A stretch of 33,785 nucleotides of DNA, taken from NCBI GenBank assembly GCA_964372275.1, contig CAYJRR010000042.1, positions 1-33,785 on the forward strand, written 5' to 3'. A program made the position numbers and the translations under genes. The DNA comes from an uncultured bacterium. Its GTDB lineage: Bacteria; CAYJRR01. The first letter of the stretch is position 1, and each line of letters begins with the position of its first letter. Below are positions 7,845-17,042 of this stretch, one piece after another. The notes under the pieces are model-generated. The model saw only the letters and a list, made by a program, of their open reading frames with translations. It was not told the DNA's origin and ran no database searches.

Positions 7845-8837
7845 ATGGTGACCCGCCGACGCTCGTTCGTCGAGGAGAAACGCCAGGACTGGCGGCGACT
7901 CGACGAGCTCTTGCGCGCCGTCGAGTCGAGGGGGCTGCGGTCGACCGGCGAAGAGGAGCTGCGCGAGGCGGTGCGACTCTACCGGAAGGCGACCTCCGAC
8001 CTGGCGCAGGCGCAGACCTTCGCGCGTGATCCGGAGGTGCTCGCGCTCCTCAACGGGCTGGTCGGCCGGGGACACGGCCTGCTCTACCGAACGCCGCCGC
8101 TGCGGGTCCGCTCGGCCGTGGAGTTCCTCTGGCGGGGGTTCCCGGAGCGGGTGCGGCGTCACCGAAAGGGGGTCGCGGCCGCGGCGGCGATCCTGTTCGG
8201 GACGATGGCGTTCGGCTTCCTCCTCGTCACGGTCGACTTCGAAGCGCGGGATTTCCTCCTGCCCGACGGCTTCCGGGCGATCGAGAAGTCGCTCGCGGAG
8301 CAGGATCGCTGGGCGGCGGAGCTGACCCCGGAGGTCGCCCCCGCGGCGTCGGCGTGGATCCTGACCAACAACATCCGCGTCGCATTGCTCGCCTTCGCCG
8401 GCGGGATTTTTTTCGGTTTCGGAGCGGTGGTGGTGCTCGCCTACAACGGCCTGATGATCGGCGCGGTGATGGGGACGATCCACCACTACGGGAAGCTGAC
8501 GATGCTCGTCGCCTTCATGGTCCCGCACGGAGTGATCGAGCTGACCTGCATCTGCATCGCCGGTGCGGCCGGGATGGCGCTGGGTTCCGGACTGATCTCC
8601 CCGGGTGAGCGCTCCGTCCGCGACGCGCTGGTGGAGCGGGGGCGTGACGCCGCGCTGCTCGCGCTGGGAACGGCGCCGCTCCTGGTCGTCGCCGGCGCGA
8701 TCGAGGGATTCATTTCGCCACTTCCGATCCCGCCGATGGCGGCCGGCTTGTTCGCGCTCCTTCCCGCGTCCGCACTGGCGTGGTACTTGCTCCGGAATAC
8801 CGGGGATGGCCTTTGGTCCGGTCGTTTGACCCGATAG
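7845..8837 (+). CDS. SpoIIM (DUF95) family membrane protein
   Basis: LYRKATSDLA...LNGLVGRGH; ILTNNIRVA; YNGLMIG; PHGVIELT; AGAIEGFISP. Confidence 0.92.
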   Translation: MVTRRRSFVEEKRQDWRRLDELLRAVESRGLRSTGEEELREAVRLYRKATSDLAQAQTFARDPEVLALLNGLVGRGHGLLYRTPPLRVRSAVEFLWRGFPERVRRHRKGVAAAAAILFGTMAFGFLLVTVDFEARDFLLPDGFRAIEKSLAEQDRWAAELTPEVAPAASAWILTNNIRVALLAFAGGIFFGFGAVVVLAYNGLMIGAVMGTIHHYGKLTMLVAFMVPHGVIELTCICIAGAAGMALGSGLISPGERSVRDALVERGRDAALLALGTAPLLVVAGAIEGFISPLPIPPMAAGLFALLPASALAWYLLRNTGDGLWSGRLTR

Positions 8838-8865
8838 GGAACTACGGCGTACGGTCCCTTCTTCC

Positions 8866-9372
8866 ATGCGCTGGCGACTGATCGATCGCATCGACGACAT
8901 CGTCCCCGGGAAGCGGGCGGCCGGCGCCAAGGCGGTCACCCTCGCCGAGGACTACTTCGAGGACCATTTCCCCCGGTTTCCGGTCGTTCCGGGCGTACTG
9001 GTGATCGAGGCGTTGGCGCAGTTGTCGGGGAAGCTGATCGAGCTGACGGTGTGGGAGGAGCGGGGGATCTGGCCCTTCCCGGTGCTCTCGATGGTGCGCA
9101 ACGCGAAGTTCCGCAAGTTCATCCGGCCGGGCGATCAGATCCGTCTCGAGACGGAGCTCGCCGAGTCGCGCGACGAAAGCGCGGTGACCCGCGCCAAGGC
9201 GCGCGTCGACGGCAAGACGGTGACCGAAGCCGAGCTGCTCTTCGTCTTCGACCCCGAAGGGCTGGCCGACAGCCTCGACCAGCGTGCGCTCAAGGAGATC
9301 GAGACGCAGGCGTTGAAGGTCCTGTGGCCCGGATTCGCGGCGTGGGCCGACGCCTCGAAGAGGGGGCTGTAG
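8866..9372 (+). CDS. 3-hydroxyacyl-ACP dehydratase, FabZ-like
   Basis: LIDRI; FEDHFPRFPVVPGVLVIEALAQ (His/Glu dyad); AKFRKFIRPGD; extra C-terminal helix. Confidence 0.9.
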   Translation: MRWRLIDRIDDIVPGKRAAGAKAVTLAEDYFEDHFPRFPVVPGVLVIEALAQLSGKLIELTVWEERGIWPFPVLSMVRNAKFRKFIRPGDQIRLETELAESRDESAVTRAKARVDGKTVTEAELLFVFDPEGLADSLDQRALKEIETQALKVLWPGFAAWADASKRGL

Positions 9373-9378
9373 GCTCCC

Positions 9379-10707
9379 GTGCGGTCGGGTCGCCGGCCGG
9401 TCGCGATCACCGGGCTCGGGGCGGTGACGCCGCTCGGGTTGGACGTGCCGTCGACGTGGGCCGGCTGCCGCCGCGGCGAATCGGGAGTGCGGCGCATCTC
9501 GCTGTTCGACGCCAGCGGCTTCGCCACCCGGATCGCCGGCGAAGTGCCGGGGTTCGATCCGCGGATCCACCTCTCCGACGAATCGTGCCCGCCGCGGCTG
9601 CGGAAGTACCTCGATCGGAAGGCGGCCTTCGCCCTGCGCGCGGCGCACGAGGCGTTGCGGCAGGCGGGGATTCGCCCCGGATCGGTCGACCCCGCGCGGT
9701 TCGGAGTGTCGGTCGGGACCGAGGCCGGCCGGCCGCTGCTGGAGGAGATCGCCACGCGATTCGTCGAGACCCGGGCGGTCCGCGCTTCACGCTCCTCCGG
9801 GGATCTCCCCGGACCCCTGGCGGCGGTCGATCTTGCCGAGGCGTTGGAGGCGCTCGATCCGATCGCGCTGGTGCGGGAGGCGGCGAATCTGCCGGCGTCG
9901 CTCCTGGCGCGGATCCACGGCGCGAAGGGGGCGAACGCGACCGTTTCGACGGCCTGCACGTCCAGCGCGCAGTCGGTCGGCGAGGCGTTCGACCGCATCC
10001 GACGTGGAGAGGCCGACGTGATGCTGGCCGGGGGCTGCGACGCGCTGGTCGAGGCGTTCATGGTGACCGGCTTCGGACTGTTAGGCGCCCTGTCCACCCG
10101 GAACGACGAGCCGGCGCGCGCGAGCCGGCCGTTCGACCTCCACCGCGACGGCTTCGTCCTCGCGGAAGGGGCCGGATTCGTGGTGCTCGAGGCGCTGGAG
10201 CACGCCCGCGCCCGAGGGGCAAAGGCCCTCGCCGAGCTGGCGGGGTTCGGCGCCTCGTGCAACGCCTATCGCATCACCGACAGCCCACCGGACGGCCGTG
10301 GCGCCTACCTTTCGATGCGCTTCGCGCTGGCCGACGCGGGGATCGATCCCGCCGAGGTCGGCTACGTCAACGCGCACGGCACCTCGACCCAGCAGAACGA
10401 CGTCTCGGAGACCAACGGTCTGAAGCGCCTCTTCGGCGACCGGGCGACGACCGTCCCGGTCTCCTCGACCAAGTCGATGATGGGGCACCTGGTCGCCGCC
10501 TGCGGAGCGGTGGAGCTGGTGGTCTGCGTGCGGGCGATGCTCGACCGGGTCCTGCCGCCGACGATCAATCTCGAGGCCGCCGATCCGAGCTGCGACCTCG
10601 ACTACGTGCCGAACGTCGCGCGACCGGCCGGGTTCGACGTCGCCGTGACCAACGCCTTCGGATTCGGCGGGAGCAACGGGACGCTCGCGATCCGGCGAAT
10701 CCCATGA
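9379..10707 (+). CDS. Beta-ketoacyl-ACP synthase (FabF-like), catalytically intact (KS-A)
   Basis: Cys-His-His triad: STACTSS, NAHGTST, KSMMGHL; NAFGFGGSN. Confidence 0.93.
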   Translation: MRSGRRPVAITGLGAVTPLGLDVPSTWAGCRRGESGVRRISLFDASGFATRIAGEVPGFDPRIHLSDESCPPRLRKYLDRKAAFALRAAHEALRQAGIRPGSVDPARFGVSVGTEAGRPLLEEIATRFVETRAVRASRSSGDLPGPLAAVDLAEALEALDPIALVREAANLPASLLARIHGAKGANATVSTACTSSAQSVGEAFDRIRRGEADVMLAGGCDALVEAFMVTGFGLLGALSTRNDEPARASRPFDLHRDGFVLAEGAGFVVLEALEHARARGAKALAELAGFGASCNAYRITDSPPDGRGAYLSMRFALADAGIDPAEVGYVNAHGTSTQQNDVSETNGLKRLFGDRATTVPVSSTKSMMGHLVAACGAVELVVCVRAMLDRVLPPTINLEAADPSCDLDYVPNVARPAGFDVAVTNAFGFGGSNGTLAIRRIP

Positions 10708-11807
10708 AGGCGGTGATCTCCGGGGTCGGGCTGGTGAGCGCCGCCGGAAGCGGGACGACCCCGTTCCACGGCGCGCTTCGCGCGGGCGTTCCGCTCGCGC
10801 GGCCGATCGATCGGTTCGACGCGTCGACCTTTCCGGTCCCGCTCGCGGGCGAGGTCCCGGGCCTCGACGCCCGTCGACTCGCGCGGGCGCCGAAGGAGGC
10901 GAAGCTGCTGGCGCGGGCGTCGGTCCTCGCGCTCGGCGCGCTCGCCGACCTGGAGCGCGCCTGCCCGGCGCCGTGGGGCTGCGATCCGTGGCGGACCGGC
11001 CTGTTCCTGGGGGTCGGACTGGAGCAGGGAGCGATCGACGACGTCGTCCCGTCGATCGCGGCCAGCGCGCGGGGCGGGCGGATCGACGACCGGCTCCTGG
11101 CGTCGGACGGGATGCCGGCGCTTCATCCGCTGGCCTCGCTCAAGACGCTGCCGAACATGGCGCTGGGGACGATCGCCATGCGTCTCGGAGATCGTGCCCC
11201 CCGCGGAATGAACGCCGCCTACGCGCCGTTCGACGCGGCCGCGGTCGAGGCGGTCGAGGGGGCGGTCGCGGCGCTGGACGACGGCGATGTCGAGGTGGCG
11301 CTCGCGGGCGGGGTCGACGCTCCCGTCTCGCCGATGGGGTTGTTGACCTTTCATCGGCTCGGCGTGACCCGTCCGCTCGGAGAGGCGGCGGCCCTGTTCC
11401 TGGTCGAAACGGCGGCGGGGGCCGCGGCGGGCGGGAGACCGGTCCTGGCGGAGATCGCCGGAATCGGCCGGGCCTCCGACGACGCGGTGCCGGGGAGGCC
11501 GCGCGCGACCGGCGCGGTCGGGGCGTTGGCGGCGGCGCTCGACCGTGCCGGGCGGACGGGCTCGGCGATCGACGCGGCCGTCGTTTCGGGGGCCGCCGAC
11601 GCGCAGGCGTTGGAGTCGGTCGGGATCCGGACCGACCGGCGCGTCGAGCCGGCGGCGATCGTCGGCGAGTGCGCCGCGGCGGGGGGCGCCGTCGGGATCG
11701 CGGCGGCGCTCGCGCTCCTGGCCGACGGCGCCTCCCGGGTCGTGGTCGGCGCGGCCGCGTTCGGCGGCGCCTACGGAGCGATCGTCCTCGAGAGGCCGGG
11801 CTCGTGA
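10704..11807 (+). CDS. Degenerate ketosynthase / chain-length-factor-like subunit
   Basis: From ATG 10704 (ATGA overlap): MKAVISGVGLVS...; Cys position reads YAPFDAAA; both His lost (VVSGAA, IVGECAA); GEAAALFLVE; AFGG. Confidence 0.8.
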   Translation: MKAVISGVGLVSAAGSGTTPFHGALRAGVPLARPIDRFDASTFPVPLAGEVPGLDARRLARAPKEAKLLARASVLALGALADLERACPAPWGCDPWRTGLFLGVGLEQGAIDDVVPSIAASARGGRIDDRLLASDGMPALHPLASLKTLPNMALGTIAMRLGDRAPRGMNAAYAPFDAAAVEAVEGAVAALDDGDVEVALAGGVDAPVSPMGLLTFHRLGVTRPLGEAAALFLVETAAGAAAGGRPVLAEIAGIGRASDDAVPGRPRATGAVGALAAALDRAGRTGSAIDAAVVSGAADAQALESVGIRTDRRVEPAAIVGECAAAGGAVGIAAALALLADGASRVVVGAAAFGGAYGAIVLERPGS

Positions 11808-13156
11808 ACCGCGCGGCGTCGACGCGAGGAGGTCCACGCGAAGGCCGCTCGCCGCGGCGCGTGGTCGTCACCGGAGTCGGGCTCGTCACCCCGTGCGGAG
11901 GGACGCTCGCGGCGGTCGGCGAGGCGGCGTGCGCCGGGCGTTCGGCGGCCGCGACGATCGCCTCGTTCGACGCCGGCGCGTTTCCGACCCGCTTCGCGGC
12001 GCAAGTGCCGCCGCCCGACCGCGCCGCCGCCGCGGCCGACCCCGACGGAGGAGAGCTCGCCGCAGCGGGCGATTGGAAGGGGGCGTTCGGCGTCCTGGCG
12101 GCGCGGCGCGCGATCGCGCACAGCCGATGGATCGCCGGGAGCGCCCTTCCGCCGGAGCGCGTGGGGCTCTTCCTTGGAACCGGTCTCTCCTCGCTTTCGA
12201 TCGCGGAGCTGGAGGAGGAGGTCCTTCCCTACCTGGCGGCCAGCGCCGGGATCGATCTTCGCCGGATGGGGGCGGAGGCCGGGTCTCACCCGGGCTCCCC
12301 CTTGCCGTGGCGGCACCTGACCGACCGCGTGAACCGGATCGTCGCGCGCCTGGCCGGGGCGGCGGGGGGCTCGGCGAGCCACTTCGGGGCCTGCGCGGCG
12401 TCGACGCAGGCGATCGGCGAGGCCTTCCGCCGCGTGCGGGACGGTTCGCTCGACGCGGCGCTGGCGGGGGGGATGGATTCGATGGTCCATCCGTTCGGGA
12501 TGATCTCGTTCATGCTCCTGGGGGCGCTTTCGACGAAGAACGAGCGTCCGGCGGAAGGGTGCCGTCCGTTCCACCGCGGCCGGGACGGGTTCCTCCTCGG
12601 GGAGGGGGCGGCGGTATTCGTGATCGAGGAGCGCGGCGCCGCCCTCGCGCGCGGCGCGACGATCCACGGGGAGCTCCGGGGGTACGGCGCGAGCCTCGAC
12701 GGGTATCATGTCACCGCGCCGCGTCCCGACGGGGCCGGCGCGCGCGCGGCGATGGAACGCGCGCTCGAGGACGCGGGGGTGCGTCCGGAGGAGATCGGCT
12801 ACGTGAACGCGCACGGAACGGGGACCGAGCTCAACGACCCGGCGGAGGCGGCGGCGGTGCGGGCGGTGTTCGGGAGAAAGGCGGCGGCGCTCCCGATCTC
12901 GTCGGTGAAGCCGGTGGTCGGGCACCTGGTGGCGGCCGCCGGCGCGATCGAGACGGCGGTCTGCCTCGCCGCGTTCGCGCTCGACCGGCTGCCGCCGACG
13001 GCCAACCTCGACGCGGCCTCGGTCGATCCGGATTGCGGCGGACTGGGGCACCTCTTCGAAGCGCGCCCGGGCTGCCCGGAGATCGTCATGACCAACAACT
13101 ATGGATTTGGTGGACAAAACGCGTCGCTGGTCCTGGCGAAGGGGGCGGCGCGATGA
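11804..13156 (+). CDS. Beta-ketoacyl-ACP synthase (FabF-like), catalytically intact (KS-B)
   Basis: GTG 11804 (GTGA overlap); RRVVVTGVG; FGACAAS, NAHGTGT, KPVVGHL; NNYGFGGQN. Confidence 0.92.
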   Translation: MNRAASTRGGPREGRSPRRVVVTGVGLVTPCGGTLAAVGEAACAGRSAAATIASFDAGAFPTRFAAQVPPPDRAAAAADPDGGELAAAGDWKGAFGVLAARRAIAHSRWIAGSALPPERVGLFLGTGLSSLSIAELEEEVLPYLAASAGIDLRRMGAEAGSHPGSPLPWRHLTDRVNRIVARLAGAAGGSASHFGACAASTQAIGEAFRRVRDGSLDAALAGGMDSMVHPFGMISFMLLGALSTKNERPAEGCRPFHRGRDGFLLGEGAAVFVIEERGAALARGATIHGELRGYGASLDGYHVTAPRPDGAGARAAMERALEDAGVRPEEIGYVNAHGTGTELNDPAEAAAVRAVFGRKAAALPISSVKPVVGHLVAAAGAIETAVCLAAFALDRLPPTANLDAASVDPDCGGLGHLFEARPGCPEIVMTNNYGFGGQNASLVLAKGAAR

Positions 13157-14079
13157 GGGCGTTCGTCTTCCCGGGGCAGGGCTCGCAGTACGTCGGGATG
13201 GGAAGAGGACTGGCCGAGCGTCATCCGGTCGCGCGGCGCACCTTCGAGGAGGCCGACGAAGCGCTCGGCGAGTCGTTGTCCACCTTGATCTTCGAGGGAC
13301 CGCTGGAGCGGCTCACCCTTACCGAGAACAACCAGCCGGCGATCCTCACCGTCAGCATCGCCTATTGGCGCGTGCTGCGCGAAGCGAAAGGTGAGTCGCT
13401 CGACGTGGGGGTCGTCGCCGGTCACTCGCTCGGGGAGTACTCGGCGCTGGTCGCGGCCGGGAGCCTCGACTTCCCGGAAGCGGTCCGCCTGGTGCGGGCC
13501 CGGGGGCGGTTCATGAGCGAGGCGGTCCCGGCGGGGGAGGGGACGATGGCGGCGATCCTCGGGCTCGACGCGGAACGCCTCGAGGGGCTCTGCCGCGAGG
13601 CGTGCGCCGGCGAGGAGGTGGTCGAGCCGGCGGGCTACAACTGCCCGGGCCAGATCGTCGTCGCCGGACACGTGCCGGCGGTGGAGCGTCTGATGCGGCG
13701 GGCGGAGGAGGCCGGCGGGAAGGCGATCGCGCTCACCGTGAGCGGCCCGTTCCACTCCCGCCCCTTGAAGCCGGCGGGGGACCGCCTGCGCGAGGCGCTC
13801 GCCCGCATCGGCTTCCGCGAGCCCATCGTCCCCTACGTTCCGAACGTCACCGCCGAGCCGACGCGCGATGCCGCGTCGATCGCGAGGTTGCTTACGGAGC
13901 AGGTCTACCGTCCGGTCCGCTGGGAGCCGTCGATGCGGGCGATGATCGCCCTCGGCGCGGGGGAGTTCGTCGAGGTCGGTCCGGGGCGGGTGCTCGTCGG
14001 ATTCGTGAAGAAGATCGACCGGAAGTTCCCCTGCCTGGCGGCGGACGACGAAGCGGCGTTCGCGCGCCTGGTGGGATAG
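13153..14079 (+). CDS. fabD: Malonyl-CoA:ACP transacylase
   Basis: MRAFVFPGQGSQ; QPAIL; GHSLGEY; SGPFHS; EVGPGRVL. Confidence 0.95.
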   Translation: MRAFVFPGQGSQYVGMGRGLAERHPVARRTFEEADEALGESLSTLIFEGPLERLTLTENNQPAILTVSIAYWRVLREAKGESLDVGVVAGHSLGEYSALVAAGSLDFPEAVRLVRARGRFMSEAVPAGEGTMAAILGLDAERLEGLCREACAGEEVVEPAGYNCPGQIVVAGHVPAVERLMRRAEEAGGKAIALTVSGPFHSRPLKPAGDRLREALARIGFREPIVPYVPNVTAEPTRDAASIARLLTEQVYRPVRWEPSMRAMIALGAGEFVEVGPGRVLVGFVKKIDRKFPCLAADDEAAFARLVG

Positions 14080-14097
14080 GTCTCGAAGGGAACGCTC

Positions 14098-15378
14098 GTG
14101 GGACGCCGCGTCGTCATCACCGGGATCGGGATGGTCACGCCGCTCGGAGTCGGGGCGGAGGAGACCTGGTCCCGCCTGCTCGAAGGGGCATGCGGGTTGG
14201 GCCCGATCGACCGTTTCGAAGCCGCCGGCCTTCCGGTGACGGTGGGGGGCGAGATCCGCGGCTTCCGCGCCCGGGAGTACGTCGACGGACCGAAGAGCCT
14301 GAAGGTGATGACGCCGATGGTGCAGTACGGGATCGGTGCGGTGAAGATGGCGATCGACGCCGCGCGCCTGCTTCCCGAGGTCGATCCGGAGCGGTTCGGC
14401 ATCGCCACCGGCGCCGGACAACCGACCGGGGAACCGGAGATGCTGCTGCCGGCGATCGAGGCGTCGGTCGACGCCGGCGGCCGCTTTTCGCTGCGGACGT
14501 TCGGAGAGGTGGGGGTTCAGGCGATCAATCCGCTCTGGCTCCTGCGCGGCCTGTCGAACAACGTGCTCGGGTTCGCGTCGGCGCAGTTCAACGCCCAGGG
14601 GTGGAACACCAATCTCTCCAACTCCGGGGCGAGCGGCCTGAACGCCGTCGGCGATGCGGCGCACGCCATCGCCAGCGACCGCGTCGACGTCGTCGTCGCC
14701 GGCGGCTACGACGCGCTCGTCTCGCCGGAGTCGATTCTCCGATACGCCCGCCTGGGGCTGCTGACCTCCTCCAGCGCGGCCGGGGCGGAGGCGAGCCGCC
14801 CCTTCGACCGCCGGCGGGACGGGTTCGTCCCCGCGGACGGCGCCGCCTTCCTGGTGCTGGAGGCGGCCGACCACGCCCACGCGCGCGGCGCGCCTCCGAT
14901 CGCGGAGGTGTTGGGCTACGCGGCGACCAACGACGCCTACCGGGTGCTCGACCCGGCGCCCGACGGGGAGGGTCTCTCGCGCGCGATGCGTGACGCGTTG
15001 GCCGACGCCGGGCTCGTGCCGGGCGACGTCCGCGCCGTCTTCGCCCACGGGACCAGCAACCCGCGCTACGACCGCGCCGAGACGTTGGCGATCCGGGCCG
15101 CGCTGGGGGGGACGGCGGCGAAGGTAGCGGTGCCGGCGATCAAGGGGGCCCTGGGCCATCCGGTCGCCGCCTCGGCGGCGATCGCCGCGGCGGCGGCGGC
15201 GCTGGCGGTGCGCGACGGCTGCGTGCCGCCGACGCTCCATCTGCGGGAGCGCGATCCGGAGTGCGATCTCGACCACGTGATCGAGGGCCGCCGGGCGATC
15301 AAGACGACGGCGGTGGTCGTCAACGCCAGCGGTCTCGGCGGACAGAACGCGGCGCTGGTTCTCGGCGAGCCGGCGTGA
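14098..15378 (+). CDS. FabF-like ketosynthase homologue lacking the catalytic Cys (CLF-like or decarboxylase)
   Basis: Full-length KS fold; Cys position reads LSNSGASG; His motifs kept (FAHGTSN, KGALGHP); SGLGGQN. Confidence 0.85.
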   Translation: MGRRVVITGIGMVTPLGVGAEETWSRLLEGACGLGPIDRFEAAGLPVTVGGEIRGFRAREYVDGPKSLKVMTPMVQYGIGAVKMAIDAARLLPEVDPERFGIATGAGQPTGEPEMLLPAIEASVDAGGRFSLRTFGEVGVQAINPLWLLRGLSNNVLGFASAQFNAQGWNTNLSNSGASGLNAVGDAAHAIASDRVDVVVAGGYDALVSPESILRYARLGLLTSSSAAGAEASRPFDRRRDGFVPADGAAFLVLEAADHAHARGAPPIAEVLGYAATNDAYRVLDPAPDGEGLSRAMRDALADAGLVPGDVRAVFAHGTSNPRYDRAETLAIRAALGGTAAKVAVPAIKGALGHPVAASAAIAAAAAALAVRDGCVPPTLHLRERDPECDLDHVIEGRRAIKTTAVVVNASGLGGQNAALVLGEPA

Positions 15379-15413
15379 CGGCCGGAACGGACGGCGTTGG
15401 AGTCGGAGGGACG

Positions 15414-16172
15414 ATGGGACGTTTGGCAGGAAAGGTGGTTCTCGTCACCGGCGGGTCGCGCGGGATCGGCAGGGCCGTCGCCCGGGAGGCGGGTCGCGAA
15501 GGGGCGCGGGTCGCTCTCAGCTTTCGCGAGAAGGAGGAGGACGCGGAGGCGGTGGTGCGCGAGATCGCGTCCGGCGCCGTTCCGGGGAGCGGAGGCGAGG
15601 CGGCCGCCTTCCGCGCCGATCTGGCCCGGCCGGAGGCCGCCTCCGAGCTGGTCGACGCGGTGCTGCAACGCTTCGGGGCGATCGACGCGCTGGTGAACAA
15701 CGCGGGGATCGTCCGGGACGGCCTGGTCGCGGCGATGGAGGACGGCGACTGGGAGGAGGTGCTGCGGGTGAACGCCGGCGGCGTCTTCCGGATGTGCCGC
15801 GCCGTGGCGATGCCGATGATGCGCGCCAAGCGCGGGCGGATCGTCAACCTCTCGTCGGTCGCCGCGACGAAGCCCGGCCGCGGGCAGGCGAACTACGCCG
15901 CGAGCAAGGGGGCGATCGAAGCGCTCACCCGCGCGCTCGCGATCGAGCTCGCGCCGAAGGGGATCGCGGTGAACGCCGTCGCCCCCGGCGTCATCGAGAC
16001 CGAGATGACCGCCTTCGTGCGCGGCGCCGCGCCGGAGGAGGTCTTGGCGCACATCCCGTTCAAGCGCTACGGCTCGGCCGACGAGGTCGCGCGGGCCGTC
16101 CTGTTCCTGGCGAGCGACGAGGCGTCCTACATCACCGGCGCCGTCCTTCCGGTCGACGGCGGCTTCCGTTAG
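15414..16172 (+). CDS. fabG: 3-oxoacyl-ACP reductase (FabG-like SDR)
   Basis: TGGSRGIG; VNNAGIVRD; GQANYAASK; NAVAPG; GGAGGG RBS before ATG 15414. Confidence 0.9.
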   Translation: MGRLAGKVVLVTGGSRGIGRAVAREAGREGARVALSFREKEEDAEAVVREIASGAVPGSGGEAAAFRADLARPEAASELVDAVLQRFGAIDALVNNAGIVRDGLVAAMEDGDWEEVLRVNAGGVFRMCRAVAMPMMRAKRGRIVNLSSVAATKPGRGQANYAASKGAIEALTRALAIELAPKGIAVNAVAPGVIETEMTAFVRGAAPEEVLAHIPFKRYGSADEVARAVLFLASDEASYITGAVLPVDGGFR

Positions 16173-16948
16173 GCCAGGATCGAGTAGCCGCCGTCCAACG
16201 TGATCGTCTGGCCGTGGATCATCGAGGCCTTGGCGGAGACGAGGAACTCGGCGACGTCGGCGACGTCCTCGGGGGTGGTCAGGCGACCCATCGGGGTGCG
16301 CGCTTTGGAGACGGCGAGCAGCGCCTCCTTGTTCGGAAAGTGCTCCAGCGCGCCGGTCTCGACCAGGCCGGGGGCGATGGCGTTGACGGTGATCCCTTTC
16401 GGCCCCAGCTCCATCGCCAGCGCCCGGACGCTGGCCTCCAGCGCCGCCTTGGAGGCGCCGATCGCGCCGTAGAGCGGGATCGCCCGGGCCCCGCCCAACG
16501 ACGAGAGGGCGAGGATCCTCGACCCCGCCGGCATCGCGGGCGCGAGCGCGTTGGAGAGCAGCAGGAAGGCGCGCGCGTTGATCCCGACCGTCCAATCCCA
16601 GTGCTTGGCGGTCAGCTCCGTTGCCGCCTTCAGCACCCCCGAGGCGGCGTTGCTGACGAACAGGTCGAGCGAGCTCCAGGCGGCGAGGAGCTCGTCGGCG
16701 ATCCGCTTGCAGTCGGCCGCCTCGGCGAGGTTCCCCCGCAGCACGCGCGGCTCCTTCCCGCCGACGGCGCGGATCCGGTCGGCGGTGGCGTCGGCCTCGG
16801 CGTGGTTGGAGAAGTAGCTGAAGGCCACCTCCGCGCCGAGCAGCGCGAATCGGACGCACAGCGCCCGGCCGATCCCCCCGCTCCCCCCGGTGACGAAGGC
16901 CCTCTTTCCGTCGAGGAACCCGAGTCGCGAAGTTGGAGGAGGCGCCAT
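16169..16948 (-). CDS. fabL: Enoyl-ACP reductase, FabL type
   Basis: TGGSGGIG; SNAASGVLK...HWDWTVGINARA (FabL signature NAASGV..HWDWT); YGAIGASK (Yx6K); ALEHFPN. Confidence 0.85.
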   Translation of the reverse strand: MAPPPTSRLGFLDGKRAFVTGGSGGIGRALCVRFALLGAEVAFSYFSNHAEADATADRIRAVGGKEPRVLRGNLAEAADCKRIADELLAAWSSLDLFVSNAASGVLKAATELTAKHWDWTVGINARAFLLLSNALAPAMPAGSRILALSSLGGARAIPLYGAIGASKAALEASVRALAMELGPKGITVNAIAPGLVETGALEHFPNKEALLAVSKARTPMGRLTTPEDVADVAEFLVSAKASMIHGQTITLDGGYSILA

Positions 16949-17006
16949 CGGGGCCGGAAGACTAGCACGGTTACCGCCCTACCCAGGGTGCGTGGGTTTC
17001 GCCGCG

Positions 17007-17036
17007 TTGACCCTCCGTCGGGGCGGGCGGTATCGT
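17007..17036 (+). promoter_or_regulatory. Putative sigma70 promoter of the ACP gene, probably leaderless
   Basis: TTGACC (17007-17012), 18 bp, TATCGT (17031-17036), then ATG 6 nt later with no SD. Confidence 0.55.
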
Positions 17037-17042
17037 GGAAAC

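Noticed and set aside
7845-8837. Sporulation function for the SpoIIM-family gene
   Set aside because: DUF95 proteins paired with RDD are widespread in non-sporulating bacteria, and no other spo genes are present.
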